From Batkoa obscura (lineage: Eukaryota), in assembly GCA_030770535.1 (NCBI GenBank), contig JASVEC010000024.1, positions 558,001 through 622,000 of the forward strand: DNA of 64,000 nucleotides, written 5' to 3'. The position numbers and the translations under genes were made by a program. Position 1 is the stretch's first letter; each line of letters opens with the position of its first letter. Positions 25,627-40,623 of this stretch are shown here, in pieces. The notes beneath the pieces are model-generated. The model was not told where the DNA came from, did no database searches, and saw only the letters and a list, made by a program, of their open reading frames with translations.

Positions 25627-27637
25627 ATATAGTTCCTATATTTTTCTCTTCAAAATATTAATTAAAGATGCTTTATTTGTTCAAATTTTACTTTTAATTA
25701 GATTAGATTTAATCATTAATTGTGAGAGAGTTTAAACCAGTTTAAACCAGTTAATATTGGATTCAATAAATATCTATTGTTCACTAGCAAATACTATTAT
25801 ATCGATCAACAAACTGCTTATCAAAACTAAAACATATTCCTTAGTTATTATCTCAATAAAATCAGAGCAAGATTATACAGGTTATAATCATGTCATAAGA
25901 ATAGCCCCAGCTTCTCGATTTTTGATCATTAGTTTTAGGAACCTTTTTAAAATAACTGACAAAGTTTTAAATTTTTGATAGCTAATAATTCGAAAAAAAT
26001 GGCAACTATTTTGAGAGTGATATGGCAATTTTTTAGTAATAAAAGATAATTATTAAAATCAAAACCTTGCAAAATTCAACAAAAATTGTATAAATCACTA
26101 TAATACAAAAGACAAAATGAATGAATAGTATATAATATATAGGTATAGATGGAAGATATAGGATACGATTATAGTTTTAGAAACAAGTTAATATTTTTAG
26201 CATTAGATATATAGCTATCTAATTATATTTTGTTGTTTAAAATAACTTATGGCAAGACAGCCTTTATTCAAAATAACATTTATATTTGAAAAATATAAAT
26301 CAAATAATCCTTCCTATTTAATGGTTCATATAGTTTAGTAAAAATCGAACCCCATCCTCCATAGCCGAGTTTCTTCAGTAACTCCAAAATACCTTTATAT
26401 TAGTTCTCAAAAGTCGATGCTAATAAACTATCACTGTCCGATCCCATCAGAACACCATTTTTCGAGGATGTCAAAGTCATATAATAGTGACCCGTAATAA
26501 CAGTACATAATAAAGGTACATTTTTTAAAGCTATTGATAGGTTCTTTGTTTTTCAACGATAGTCAGACAATATTTAACAGTTATTTTTTAGCACTACTTT
26601 TTAATCCCTTAATACCATGATAGTAGTAGTTTAAGTTTATACTACTTTTAGTTAATACTCCAATTATTTTAAAACGGTTACTGCGAGCTGAAAACGTGAA
26701 AATAAGCCATAGCTAAAGTTGATCAGATCATGCTAGATCAGTGGTTTCATTAATTTGTAGTATCAGTTGTGATACACAAATAAAAAAACAGGCTTACTAA
26801 AATCGTTTATGTTTATGTTTATATATAGCAAACGTACTAAACTGAATAGATTGCTAAAATAGGTGGCTTTTTATAATGGATCTAAGCTGCCATAGTCAAT
26901 GTTGGCTCCAAACGCAGAAGATAATTCATTGATTGAATTAAATATTTAAAGAGATGCTGGTAAAGGATGTTGATTTATGGTTTATAGACAATATCTAACT
27001 ATATTATTAGGTTAAATATGCTTATTAACTTTTTTAAACCCCAATTCGAATAGTATACCACTATTAAAGTTAATATCGGTTGATTTGTGTATTGTTTTGG
27101 CAAAATAAATAAATGATAGTGATTTCATAATTATTTTTGCAGCAATACTGGAATGTATAATGATCTTTCCTTTACAAAAAACACACATAGATTAATTAGA
27201 TTTAATAGTATTACTTCATTATTCGATCAAAAATGCCGGGTATCAGCTAATCAGAAAAATACTTATTTCCAGTGGGTATGAGTTAAGTATAAAGCTCGTA
27301 TATATTGGTCTTTAAAACGGTTGCAAAAACACTTTGTTAATAAGTTAACAAAACTACACGTTAGTAAATTTACATGATTAATTCATCAACAAGAGTTGAT
27401 CTTGCATTGGAAAAAACTAGTTAAAAGTAATTTCAAACTCAGTTTGAAGTTTTAATGAATAGAGTATATTTTCTAGTTTAGTTTTTGTCATCAAAATAAA
27501 TAATCTGACAACTCATTAAAATAAAAATTAACCAATAACCTATCTTGGATCTTAAGCATAACTTTTTTTTGGAAAAAATAATTTTATAAAGTATAAAATG
27601 ATTAAATTCTGAAAAGTTTAGCATTTATTGCAAAAAA

Positions 27638-29674
27638 ATGAGTAAAAACAATGATCAAAATGTAAACAATTCTTATCTTTATTTTTTAAATTTTAACTCT
27701 GTTTAGAAACATATAGTAAATTTGAATAATCTAAAAGTGGATAATTTAAATACAATAGATGATAGATACGCTCCAAATAGCAAAAATGCAAACAATGTAT
27801 TCAGTATATCTAGACGTAAGTATAGAAAGCCTTTAGAAGTGGACTATAAAAGACCAGACAATTTCTTTGAGTTGTCAAAAAAGGAGCAGGATCGATTCAT
27901 GAAAAAATATACACAAAAACGTAAAGAAGCTGAAGCTAAAGCCAAGGCTGAAGCTGAAGTGCAGCACAAATCCCAAGAGTTGAAGGAGCGTACCAATAGC
28001 TCAATGAGTAGTCAATTGGCTAAAGAGAAACACAAGTATCATATGCAAAAGAATGCTGAAAAACAAGAAAAAGCTGAGATGCAACGTAAAATACAAGAGC
28101 TAGAGGAAGATACCAATGGCCCGAAGGAAAACTTATCAACTGTAGAAAAGAGGCTTAAACCAGTCTCTAATAAAAAATTATCCTCGAGTATAGTTAATGG
28201 TAATAAGAACTATCAAGAAGTGAACTACCAAGAATCTATTCACGATAAAACCTCGGATGATGAAGATAATATAGGAGGATTTGTTAAGATTAATGGTTTT
28301 GTATATAAGTATTATGAGCTTAAAGTACGTATGTATGATGAGATTAACCATGAAAATGAAATTAAAAATCCAGTTAACTTACATCCAAAATCATCATATA
28401 TCTCAGATTCAAGGCAGATCAAAGGTAGTAAATATAGTAAATGGAATGCCAATAAACTGATTTACTCAGTTCAACCAAAAGGAAAGGGGGATGATGGTAA
28501 ACCGATGACTAAAAAAATGGTAGGCATTGCTATTCTATTGTATAACATCCTATTAATATTTGAAGTTCAAAGAGCAATCATTGATAAAATTTGAAACAGT
28601 AAATGGAAAAAAATATATGAAATTAAATATGCTTGGGGCAGGAGCATCTTCAAGGGTATTTAAGGTGATCGACTTTGGGACTTTAAAGGTGCTTGCATTA
28701 AAGATCATTGATATCAAAGGAGTGAGTCAAAATATAACGAATTTGTATCGTACCGAAATTGAAGTGTTAAAAGAATTTACGAACGACTCGCATGTGATTC
28801 AACTATTTGAATTTGAATTTATAGAAAATGCTGAGATAAAATTGGTATACATTTTAAAGTAGTATTGTAAATAATTGATTAATTTTATTTTAGATTTTTG
28901 AATTGGGTACATCCAACTTTGTCGAATACTTAAAGTTCGCACATGATAATCAGTATAATCCAATTGGATTTGCAAAGTTTAGATGGAAAGAGGTATTAAA
29001 TATTAAATTGAAGGAATATAGCGTTAACAGAAATGTTAGATGGTGTTAGCAGTTAAGGCATTACACGATAAAGGAATTGTTCACTGTGATTTAAAAATGG
29101 ATAATTTTGTAGTAGCTTGTGGCAAAGTAAAAGTAATTGATCTTGGATTGGCTTTGAAGTTAGGTAGTGGACAAAAGTGGGGTAAAAAGTATGAAGTGGT
29201 AATTACAATTCTTACCTCGCTGTAATTTGGTAGTAATTTTTATAGCAAGGTACACCAGATTATTTAGCGCCAGAAGCCATTATTGGTTACCCATCAGTTG
29301 ACCCCAATGCTAATGAGGGTAAATTAGAATATTTGGTATTTTATATTTAATCAAAAGTATCAATACTAATAAATCAACCCTAGGTTGGCTTTCCAGCGGA
29401 TATATGGGGATTGGGATGTATATTATATACAATGATTTATGGGCGTAGTATATTTAATCGAAAGTATGATATACCACAAATTAGGCTCGTATTGAGAAGT
29501 AGTGCACCAATTGAGAATGATGTAGAATTTGATGATAAAATTAAAGCTGGTGAAGGATTTGTGACTGTACCCAAAAGCCTTAAGAGATTGATTAAGGCTT
29601 GTCTTGTAAAGGATCCTGAAAAAAGGATTTCGATTCATGGAATTCTTAATCATCTTTTTTTGGAAGGTGTTTGA
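27638..29674 (+). CDS. Divergent Mps1/TTK-like protein kinase
   Basis: LGAGASSRVFKV, ALK, WKE/MVLAVKALHDKGIVHCDLKMDNFV, KVIDLGLA, QGTPDYLAPEA, ADIWGLGCILYTMIYG, DPEKR. Start inferred from a short first exon MSKNNDQN. Confidence 0.75.
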
Positions 29675-30052
29675 ATCACAAACATTTTTTTGTACCGTTT
29701 TGATTTTAAAAGCTTTGGTGGCTTTCTTTAATAATTGATACCCCTTTTATTTTGTTTGGATTATTTATACCCTGCTTTTTTGTTTGTTGAAATATAGTAT
29801 ACACATATGTATATTTTTAGGTTTATTTTATTTTATTTATTTATTTATTTTCCCCTTTTATTAAATATATATCTTTCTAGATAGTACAGTAATAAAGCTT
29901 TTATATTTAATGTTTTTTTAAAATAAAAGTTACTAAAAATAATTTCACTCTTAAATAATGCATTATATTATATAGTGTAAACTTAAGAAACTACAAATTA
30001 TTCAAAATCAACTTTTATTTTTATAACTAGAAAGCAAAAGCAAATTGTTGAA

Positions 30053-31842
30053 ATGGATAAAGAAAGGATCAGAAGAACGATAGTTAGTCTCACAGAAATT
30101 GATAAGTACAAACGAGAACGCCTGATACTGAGTGGGGCCAATAACACCTTACAACTGACTGAGACAGAGTATCAAGATTTAAATCTCTCCTGTAATTTTA
30201 GGCTAAAAACAATAGCAGATTTAATAAAAGGTTTTTAAAATTGAATTTAGAATCGAATACACTAAAGTAATATAAAAAAGAGGAAGAAGATAAGCAATGT
30301 ACATTAAAGTTCGGGGTCCAAGAGATAGATAGCTTATTTCAGTATAATGATGATATAACTAGGACTACATTGATTGCAGATGAGTTTATGGAATCAATTG
30401 GACTGCCATTAAAAAGCATTGTTGAAATTACTGGGATCTTGGGAATTGGCAAAACAAGTTTATGGTAAACTGCTTTTTTTAAATGATGTATGTTTCTAAA
30501 TGTGATGTAGTTTACAATTAGCACTGAACATTCAGATTCCAAGTTCTGAAAATGATTTCGTGCCTAATCAAACAGTTTATATTGGTAAGTATACATTTTT
30601 TTAAGACTCTTATTTACCTTTTTTAGTCACTGATGGCTCTCTATCTACTACTCTTTCAAGAGCTAATGAAATGTATCAGGGGATAGGTATATTTAGCTAA
30701 TAGCGAAATAATTTTAATTAATTTTGTTTTTAGATGATTTTAACACAAGTATAGAAAACATACATTTTTTTAATACGAATGAATATTCGGAAATATTGGA
30801 TTTATTTAAAGAATTAGTCTCTAATAATTATGTAATCGAAAATAACGTAACTTTATTTTATTTTATTTTATTTATCTTATTAATTTATTTAAATATTAGA
30901 TAAAATTGATAGTACTTGATTCATTATCGTTTCCCTTTTATCAAAACTTTCCAAGGTTTCAAGATAAAATTAAACAAGTACGTAAACTAGCAGTATTGAT
31001 GAATCAACTGACAACTGAATTTGATCTAACAGTAATTCTATTTTATAAAAGTGAGTATTAAAATTAATTAATATCAGATAGTAATTACAAATCAGCTTGT
31101 ACTGCTACCAAATAGCTCCTCTTCGAATTCAAATTCTTCTTTACAACCATATTTAGGTAAATTAATGATGCTTTTGTAAAATAACAATATTGATAGTTGG
31201 TTAAGGAGAAGCATGGAAAATTATACCAAATCATCAATTATTTTTGTATTATAATCAAAAGTCAGAAAGGTAATTTAAATTAAATCTGAACTTTATCTAA
31301 TTAACAATGTTTAGAAACATCTTACTATCAAAATCAAGTACATTCAAAGAATCAAATATTCCATTTAATTTTGATGTAATTAATATTTATTAATATTAAA
31401 TCTTGATTTAACTCTTATTTTCTAGATGTATGGCAGAATTTATACCCAAATGGATACTAGTCGTTCATTTGAAAGGTCAAATAGTATAAATACACAAAAA
31501 ACTTCTAGTTTTCGCTCTCAAGCTTTAACAAACTCAACATTTCATCCAGATTTGAGTTCATCCCAAGGAGATGAGGAATATGGCCAAGAAAATGTAAATG
31601 AATTACCATCAACATTAAAAAGGAGCCTTGAAGAAATTGAAAATGATTTAGATGATCAATTAGAGCTAGTTAATAATAGGGATAGGGGTGTTAATGAAAG
31701 TGAAAACCAACAAAGCTTAATAAATGACGATGATAATGAATATGAGACGCAGGTAAACAGCCTAAGGTTAGTTAATAATCTTGATGAGTTTATGTCAGAT
31801 ATGGATGAGGATTTATCTCAGCTAACGGAGTTTAGTGATTGA
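30053..31842 (+). CDS. Rad51 paralog, RAD51C-like
   Basis: IVEITGILGIGKTSL/CLQLALNIQIP (Walker A), KLIVLDSLSFPF (Walker B), VITNQL, PYLGEAW. Last exon is acidic and low complexity. Confidence 0.8.
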
Positions 31843-32572
31843 CTAAAAGAAAAGTCAATGATGCATTATTTCTGCTTTGCATATTTAATAAACCAAAGTA
31901 AATTAATATTATGAAATTAATTATTAAATGAATCGTGCTATTGAGAGAAAAATCAAAACATGGTTAAGAGTATAAACAAGTAAAATCTAATTCATAGATT
32001 GTAGTATCTCGAAATTTTAATTTTTTCCTTCAGCTATCAATTTTGTTTGAACAAAAGTAATAAAAATAAACAAAAATAGTAAGAGAATATAAAAGAAAAA
32101 ACTAAAATAACAAAAGTAATCTAAAGCACTAATAATAAAATATAATTATCTAATAATTCATAGAATTCATTTTATATATAGTTTTAGTAAACTCAAATTA
32201 AGCATTTTAAAATCTGCATTCGAAACCAACAACTTATGTTATTTAGCAAATTAGTGACGTATTACTCCGATGAAAAACTAAAGACCCAATTAGAGACTTC
32301 AATTAGTATAGGAGAAAAACCCATTTGATTAGCTAAAATTAGTAACACGAACCAATCAATTAAACATGATTTTATCCAAACATTAAAAAATCAAACATCA
32401 TCTGGTTCAGCCAAGCTACTAAGCAAGTTGAATACGGGTAAGAATTACCTAAGGTAATTATTAATGTAGAATAAGCCAATTATAACGGACATTGGACAGG
32501 ATTTATGAATTTATCAGAATAAAAAGAAACTCATTAAAAGCTTATTTGATTACTTTTTTCTTATAATTAAAA

Positions 32573-33872
<1,300 letters not shown>

Positions 33873-34256
33873 ACCAATAAACATTTATAGTATTATATTA
33901 TTTAAATATACATAAAGTTGTCTTCAATCGTCTGTTAAATAGTTTTAATATATTAAATGAACATGTCATTTGTTTAAAAAAAATTAATAGAGTATTAGTC
34001 AAAGATGAACTTTTATGAAGATACTAATTCAAAAGCATAATAGATCAAAATTTTAAAAAATGCATTACAGAAGAAACAATAAAAATTCAATTTAATTCAT
34101 TTATTTTAAAGGAAACTAAATTATAATTTTTATAGTTAAACTACTATACTTTGTTAATAGTAATAACAATTATAAGTTAAAATTATCATAAAAACCAGCA
34201 TCTATTAATCCAAATTTACTACTTATGAACCATAACTCGCAACCCATATACACTTA

Positions 34257-35975
34257 TTAAAAAACAAATTCCCTCTTTACAGCTTTATGAATAAAATTAA
34301 TAATTTTTAAATTATTATTAACATCAGTAACAAAACTTCCTTTCTTCCCTATCTTTTTAAAATAATTAAATGTTTCCATAACAATTCCTTTATCTCCTTC
34401 TTTATCTCCTTCTTTTTCATTGCTAACTTCTTGTTGATACCTTAAATAGAATACAATACCTTGGCTTATTAAAGCTACATCTCCACTAGTGAGATATTTG
34501 GATGATAGTTGAACCCCATAGCTTAGGAATACTTCGCATTCAGCCAAGGCTTTTGTTAAATGAGAAGTGGGATTGGTGGTATCATTCAAATGTGTATTAG
34601 AATTATAAAATAATAAAGAAAGCGTAAAAAAAGAAATATAATGAGATAAGAATTGAATTCGTAGTTGATAGTAATATAATGGGATAGAGGAGTTGATTGA
34701 TTTTCGTTTAATATCTTCAAATATTGTAATATGAGTTAATTGAATTTGTTTCGTTTTTGTTAAGATGAAGTTAATATAAGATAGTTTTTCGGAAGAGATT
34801 GATTGATTAATAAATTTTTGTTTCAATTTGTTCAAATCCAACAATATAAAACAAACTTCATTATAATATAAACAGAATGTTAGTTTACAATTTAAATTAA
34901 AATTATCATCTCCATTGAACTCCAGCTTTTTTTTGTCTCTTATATTATGAATAAATTTCTTTACATGTCTTCTTAAATTAATTAAAACATACGGTTGTAT
35001 TAAATTTGTACCATAACTCAACCTCAATAAAGTATAATAAATCATTAACGAACAATATAACATTATTCTCTGTACATCCAGTTTCCAATTTAATTTTCGA
35101 TTAAAATGTAACCCAACACAAGTAGCTGCTTTAATACAATATTCAATATAGATATCCACAAAATTTGAAATCCAATATACGGATGTTGGACTTAATAATA
35201 ATATAAATATAGCCTGTATATTTTCTAAAGTAGGTGGAATACGATGTGGGAATTTGAATTTTTGAATTAATTTTGATTTAAAATAATCTACCAAAGAGTT
35301 ACGCTGAGTAGATTCTTCCATCCTTAATAACCCATTTAAAAATATAGCTGCTTTTAAAGTAGAAGAATAAGTATTAAATTCCAATTTGGAATCATTAAAT
35401 AACGGGAATACTGTATTACAAGTAGAATGGTATAATTCATAGGCTTGGGTTAATAATACGTTACTTGAGGAAACAGGTAATGGAAGAGTTAAACTAAAAA
35501 GATGAAGTTTATTGGTAGATTTTTTAAAGATACCATATTTCTCAGCTAATATAATTAATAAGGATAGCTCTTGCGACTTTTCCGACATAATTGGAAATTG
35601 TAATAAACATCTTAGGTTTTCAAAGTTATGCTTTTTAATGACTTTGGAAAATACTTGACTTGGGAATTGAATTGTAGTAATTGATTTATAGTTAGGTTGA
35701 TATGATAGGCCATCTTTAAATTTAAATACTTTAGAGGGTTTATCTTCAGAAGGTTTATTGACTTTGGTATTTAATTTGAAAGAATAAAGATTGGTCTCTA
35801 AGTGAAGTAATTGCTTCTTTTCCTTATGGATTATTAAATAAGTACATGTTATTTTCTTTAATTTACAATTACTACACCCAGGTAAAAGTCGGTCACATTT
35901 TATATGTCGTTTAGTACATTGATCACATCGATGGGGATTAAACCTTGAAGCAACTGTATCGTCGTTTGGGTTCAT
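34257..35975 (-). CDS. Zn(II)2Cys6 transcription factor, intronless
   Basis: CDQCTKRHIKCDRLLPGCSNCKLKKITC followed by a fungal-TF middle-homology-like region (FPLF, ENIQA, GLH). Likely start is MNPNDD at 35975. Confidence 0.9.
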   Translation of the reverse strand: MNPNDDTVASRFNPHRCDQCTKRHIKCDRLLPGCSNCKLKKITCTYLIIHKEKKQLLHLETNLYSFKLNTKVNKPSEDKPSKVFKFKDGLSYQPNYKSITTIQFPSQVFSKVIKKHNFENLRCLLQFPIMSEKSQELSLLIILAEKYGIFKKSTNKLHLFSLTLPLPVSSSNVLLTQAYELYHSTCNTVFPLFNDSKLEFNTYSSTLKAAIFLNGLLRMEESTQRNSLVDYFKSKLIQKFKFPHRIPPTLENIQAIFILLLSPTSVYWISNFVDIYIEYCIKAATCVGLHFNRKLNWKLDVQRIMLYCSLMIYYTLLRLSYGTNLIQPYVLINLRRHVKKFIHNIRDKKKLEFNGDDNFNLNCKLTFCLYYNEVCFILLDLNKLKQKFINQSISSEKLSYINFILTKTKQIQLTHITIFEDIKRKSINSSIPLYYYQLRIQFLSHYISFFTLSLLFYNSNTHLNDTTNPTSHLTKALAECEVFLSYGVQLSSKYLTSGDVALISQGIVFYLRYQQEVSNEKEGDKEGDKGIVMETFNYFKKIGKKGSFVTDVNNNLKIINFIHKAVKREFVF

Positions 35976-36431
35976 TTCAAATAATAGAAAAAAGTGAAAG
36001 AATAAAAAACATTTGAGGTAAAAATTTTGATTTTTAATAAAAAAAGTAGAAATTAATAAGCAAAATAATTGAAGTGAGTTAGAAATAGTAGTATAAATAA
36101 TTGACAAATCACTATAGTTGGAAAAATTACTTCACTCAAAACCGGTTTATTATTATTTAAGTGGTATTCTATTATCATTGTGCTTAAGTAATGAGTGAAA
36201 TTGATAGTAGTTTAGTAAAGGTATACATTAATATAAGTAATTTGTTATTAATTTAAACTATTTTATAATAAATTTATAATAATTAATTGCAATACTAGTT
36301 TATTAAATATATTAATATTTATAATATTTTATAGATCTGGGATTCAATAAATTAAAGAATAAAAATTAATTTTATATAAAATTATTTAATAAGTTTCTAA
36401 TAAACCCGAGTTAACCTTTTTCTTTCTTAAA

Positions 36432-36538
36432 ATGGTAACCATCGAGGAAAAGAGTTTAAATTTAAATTTAGTAAAATTTTTCAAATTCAACCAAGAACAA
36501 TTATATATTAAAAAAAATAATATAAAAGAAAAAAGTGC

Positions 36539-36611
<73 letters not shown>

Positions 36612-37475
36612 CAAAACATAGTAGAAGTTAATACAAGTTTCACTGGAAAAATTATAAAGATTCGAAAATTAAGTAAAAAATTGATATTTTTAGAAGTACA
36701 GAGTGAACAGGATGAACATATCCTTGAAGTCATGTTAAATAGTTATATTATTCAACAAGACATATTAACACAATATAGAAATGAATTAAAATTAATGGAT
36801 TCTATTAAAGTTATTGGTGATTTAGAGCATATACTAAAAAAACATAATGAAGAGGAATCAGAAGATAAGAATCAGTTTTTACTTATTGCAAAGAAAGTTA
36901 ATATTATAAAAAAGAGAGATTGGTTACCACCTTCTTTAACAGATCAAAATCGTAGTGATAAATCTATATTAAATTATCAACCAATAATATTAAAATCTAG
37001 TAATAGTAATGGTACTAAGTTAGGCATTTGTAAATATTGGCTAAACAATCAAAAATGTAATAAGAATAGAGAATGTAATTATCAACATCCAGAGGGAAAT
37101 ATTGTTGAATTGAGAAAACAATATGTTAAAGAGGTAAATGTTTATTAATACTATTAATTAAGTAACTGTTTGTTTATTTTTATTTTACTTTATATCTAGA
37201 GACTCGAAATTAAGGGATTAAAAATTAAACAATTAGAAGGATATTATGATAACAAGGAATCAATAGACATTAGTTTAATTAAAAAAAAGAAAGAAATGGT
37301 AATTATAATAAGAGATTTTTTAATTCAACAATACGGTATTGAATATTTATCAAAACATAATGGTATATTAGAAGTAGCAGGTGGGAGAGGAGATTTAGCA
37401 TTTGAATTCTTTACTAAATTAAATATCAACTATAGAATTGTAAGTTAATATAATAATAACAATAATGATAATTTA

Positions 37476-37515
<40 letters not shown>

Positions 37516-37958
37516 TAACTAATAATAATATATTCATTTTATTTCTATTTATTTTTTAGATAGATCCAAGGCCAATCAAAACGAATAAACATCAACAAAA
37601 ATATTATAAAATTCATCCAGAAGCCAAACAAATTCAACAAGATTTAACTTATTTTACAAATGAATTATTTCCTAATTATGTTAATCATACACTTATAATT
37701 GGTATTCATCCTGATCAAGCCACTGATTTGATATTAGATTATGCTTTAAAAAATAATATTCCTTTTTTTATTATACCGTGTTGTGTATTTTTTAATTTAT
37801 TTTCAGAAAGAAGATTAGAAGATGAACAAGTTAAAACTTATTTACAGTTATTTGAATATTTAAAAAAGAAAGCAATGTCATATAAAGGATATCAATATAA
37901 AATTCATTCGATTGATCTAAATTTTCGTGGTAAATCTAAAGTTTTGTATTCATATTAA
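36432..37958 (+). CDS. Uncharacterised protein with poly-Asn, OB-fold-like, CCCH zinc finger and SAM-methyltransferase-like regions
   Basis: GKIIKIRKLSKKLIFLEV (OB-like), ICKYWLNNQKCNKNRECNYQH (CCCH), ILEVAGGRGDLAF (motif I-like), IGIHPDQATD..FFIIPCCVF. Confidence 0.7.
36540..36611 (+). repeat. (AAT)24 coding microsatellite (poly-Asn)
   Basis: 72 nt of perfect AAT repeat, in frame. Confidence 0.97.
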
Positions 37959-38034
37959 TATTAATATTAGGGGGAATAAAATAGAATAATAACAAAGTGG
38001 AATCATTTAATTTTATATCTATTAATCAATGAAA

Positions 38035-40170
38035 TTAGTTATAAAAATTCAATATAATTATAGAATAATAACTAATATTACTTTTAATGTCCTCTTTTTT
38101 TATAGGCTTTAATTTCCAAAGATTAGAATAAATTTGGTTGAATTGAATTAATTGATTGTTTATATCATTGAATTTCAATATTGGCTTATACAATAAATAA
38201 TTTAATAATGGCAATATGAATGTAATTGGTATACAATAATTCAATTGTTTTAAAATTCTATTATTAATTTTAGAATTGCCTAAGAATAATTAATAAATTA
38301 AGTAGATTCTAATATTGTATTAACAATGTAACAAAAGAACTTACTTGTAATCAAACCTAATAATTGTCCATTTTGATTAAATAATCCTCCACCAGAACCT
38401 CCACAATTAATCTTACAATTTGTTACATACATGATGTTTCTATTATCCATTTTTATAATACTATTAATAACACCATTTTCTATTTTTAGTTGATCTTTAT
38501 CATCTATTAATAAATGTTATTATTTATTACTATTGTTATTTATTATTTATTATTGTTTTACTTTTAATAATTGGATTAACTTCAGAATAGCCCATTGAAA
38601 CTACTTTATCTCCAGTATACACTTTATCGATATTAATAAAATCCAACCAATCAATTAACTTAATATCAATAGTTGAATCAAACTTTAATATTATTATATC
38701 AATACTTGAAGATGGATTATAATAAATTAACTTCCAATTATTATACCACTAATAAAAGTTAATTAAATATACAATTTATTAGAATATTTAATATGATTAA
38801 AATCATTTACTTGATTTTGAATTTGAATTTTCACTTGATTTTGAATCACTTCATTAGTTAAAATAGTCTCCTTTTTGACTAATGAATCGAATAAATGTTG
38901 ATTAGTTAAGCAATAAATGTCCTCTAAGAAAACATATAAAATATATTAATTTAATAATAAGTTCTATGTTATTTAAATAAAAACATTAATTTACTTTCAA
39001 ATTGAATTAAAACCCCCGTTCCCCAACAATAATAACTGGTTAAATAAATTGGGCATATACATTCAGTGATAGAATTATTAATTAATTTATTATTATTATT
39101 ATTATTATTATTATCCTCATTAATCATAACAATAGGATATAATAAATAACCTAGTTCTAATAAGGAATGATATTCTAATAACTTGAATTTACCTAAAATA
39201 ATTTGACTAATTATCAAAGCATATATTAATTCATTCATTAAAACATTATTAATAACTTTTACTTACCCTAGATTTGGTAATAAAAACTAAATATATAAAT
39301 AAATTAAGTAACAATAATAATATTAACATACAAAGTTAAAATCTTACCCCAATAAACTTATTATTAAAAAATAATGGACCCCCAATAAATCCAGGTTTTA
39401 TATAATGTTCCTCTAAAACCACTATTTTCTCATTTCCTTCCATTCTTCTCACTTCATTTATTGATAGAAATTTAGGATAATTTAATTGATATTTTTTCTC
39501 AAATGGTGTTATCATTGTAACCAATTGATTTTTAATATTAGAGATCTTCTTTTTAAGTTGAATAATTTTCATATTAATATCTGTTTGAATTAAAGCTACT
39601 GATGTGAGGCCATAGTAATCTGTAGAGGGTATTGAAGATGTATAACTTTGATTCCAACCTAAGTGGTACTCTACACCACATTGATCTGTTTTATTGCAAA
39701 ACTCGGTGATTAGTTTTATATCCAACTCTGTAGATCAAAAAGTTTTATTTAATGTTACATTCTATTTTAAAACGTTTAGAAATTACCTTCATTAAATTCA
39801 ATATCAATTGCCAAAACTTGAAATTTTGCTAATAATAAAAGACATGATTCACTTGAGTTATTTAATTTTTATTACTTTTACTTACTATTTTCGTGATCAT
39901 AAAGAAAGCCATGGAATTGACTATCTTTAGTTAATTGATATTTTCCATTCTTCTGTTAACAATGAATTAATAAATAAAAATAATACAAATTTCTCTTATC
40001 AATAATTTTAACTTACTTCATATAAAAAGGGTAAGATTGGATAAGCACTAAAAATTGAATTGAAATCTTAATATTATTTTTATTTTGAAAGTTTTTATAC
40101 TTCTTTTTTACCTCGTTATAACCACTCCATCCTCTCTTAAATAACCTGAGAAATTGATATGAACTTCACT
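38035..40170 (-). CDS. Trypsin-like serine protease, TYSND1/DEG15-like (both ends approximate)
   Basis: Degenerate first domain PGFIGGPLF. Second domain has WGTGVLI, LLTNQHLF (His), IDIIILK (Asp) and CKINCGGSGGGLFN (Ser), then NYCIPI and LWKL. Confidence 0.72.
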
Positions 40171-40532
40171 AAGTATCAAGATTCAACTCCAATTACATTA
40201 TTGTCATTATTATTCTAAATTTACCTTGGTTCTTTTTAAAATTTAATAATTAATTTAAGAATTAAGTTTAAGGATTCTCACTTTTACAACTTAATGTTAA
40301 AAACACAATTGGTAGCTATTAAACTCAATATTAGTTTGATCAATTATAGATTGGAAACTTTGTTTACAATCATTTTTAACTAGTTTTAATAAGAACAAAA
40401 TGGATTTATTTTTTTCAATTCTTTCAAGTTATTTTATTATTATAATCTAGTAAGGTTTTACAAAATTCAATGCAAAGCTATTACAACTCTTTTGCGATAT
40501 ATTTAGCAATTTATTTCTAAATTATTTTATAT

Positions 40533-40623
40533 AGGGGTGTATTTTTTTAAGAATTTTACTAACAATCTTTCCACTCAAATAGTGTTTAAAAAACGGAAAA
40601 AGTAATAACTAAAAAAACACCTT
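40533..40623 (-). mobile_element. Decayed MITE copy
   Basis: AGGGGTGTATTTTTTTAAGAATTTTACTAACAATC...AAAAAAACACC. Confidence 0.8.

Noticed and set aside
17900..25630. Recurrent GGGG...CCCC repeats as a CRISPR-like array or RNA-guided (TnpB/Fanzor) locus
   Set aside because: Spacing is irregular, orientations are mixed and the copies have TSDs. I saw no RuvC/TnpB-like motifs in any ORF.
24223..27400. Possible decayed coding or TE remnants in the rest of the island
   Set aside because: No protein motifs or termini that I could recognise.
35976..36107. Hydrophobic N-terminal extension of the Zn2Cys6 ORF
   Set aside because: It starts at a non-ATG codon and looks like T-rich 5' UTR; the ATG at 35975 fits better.
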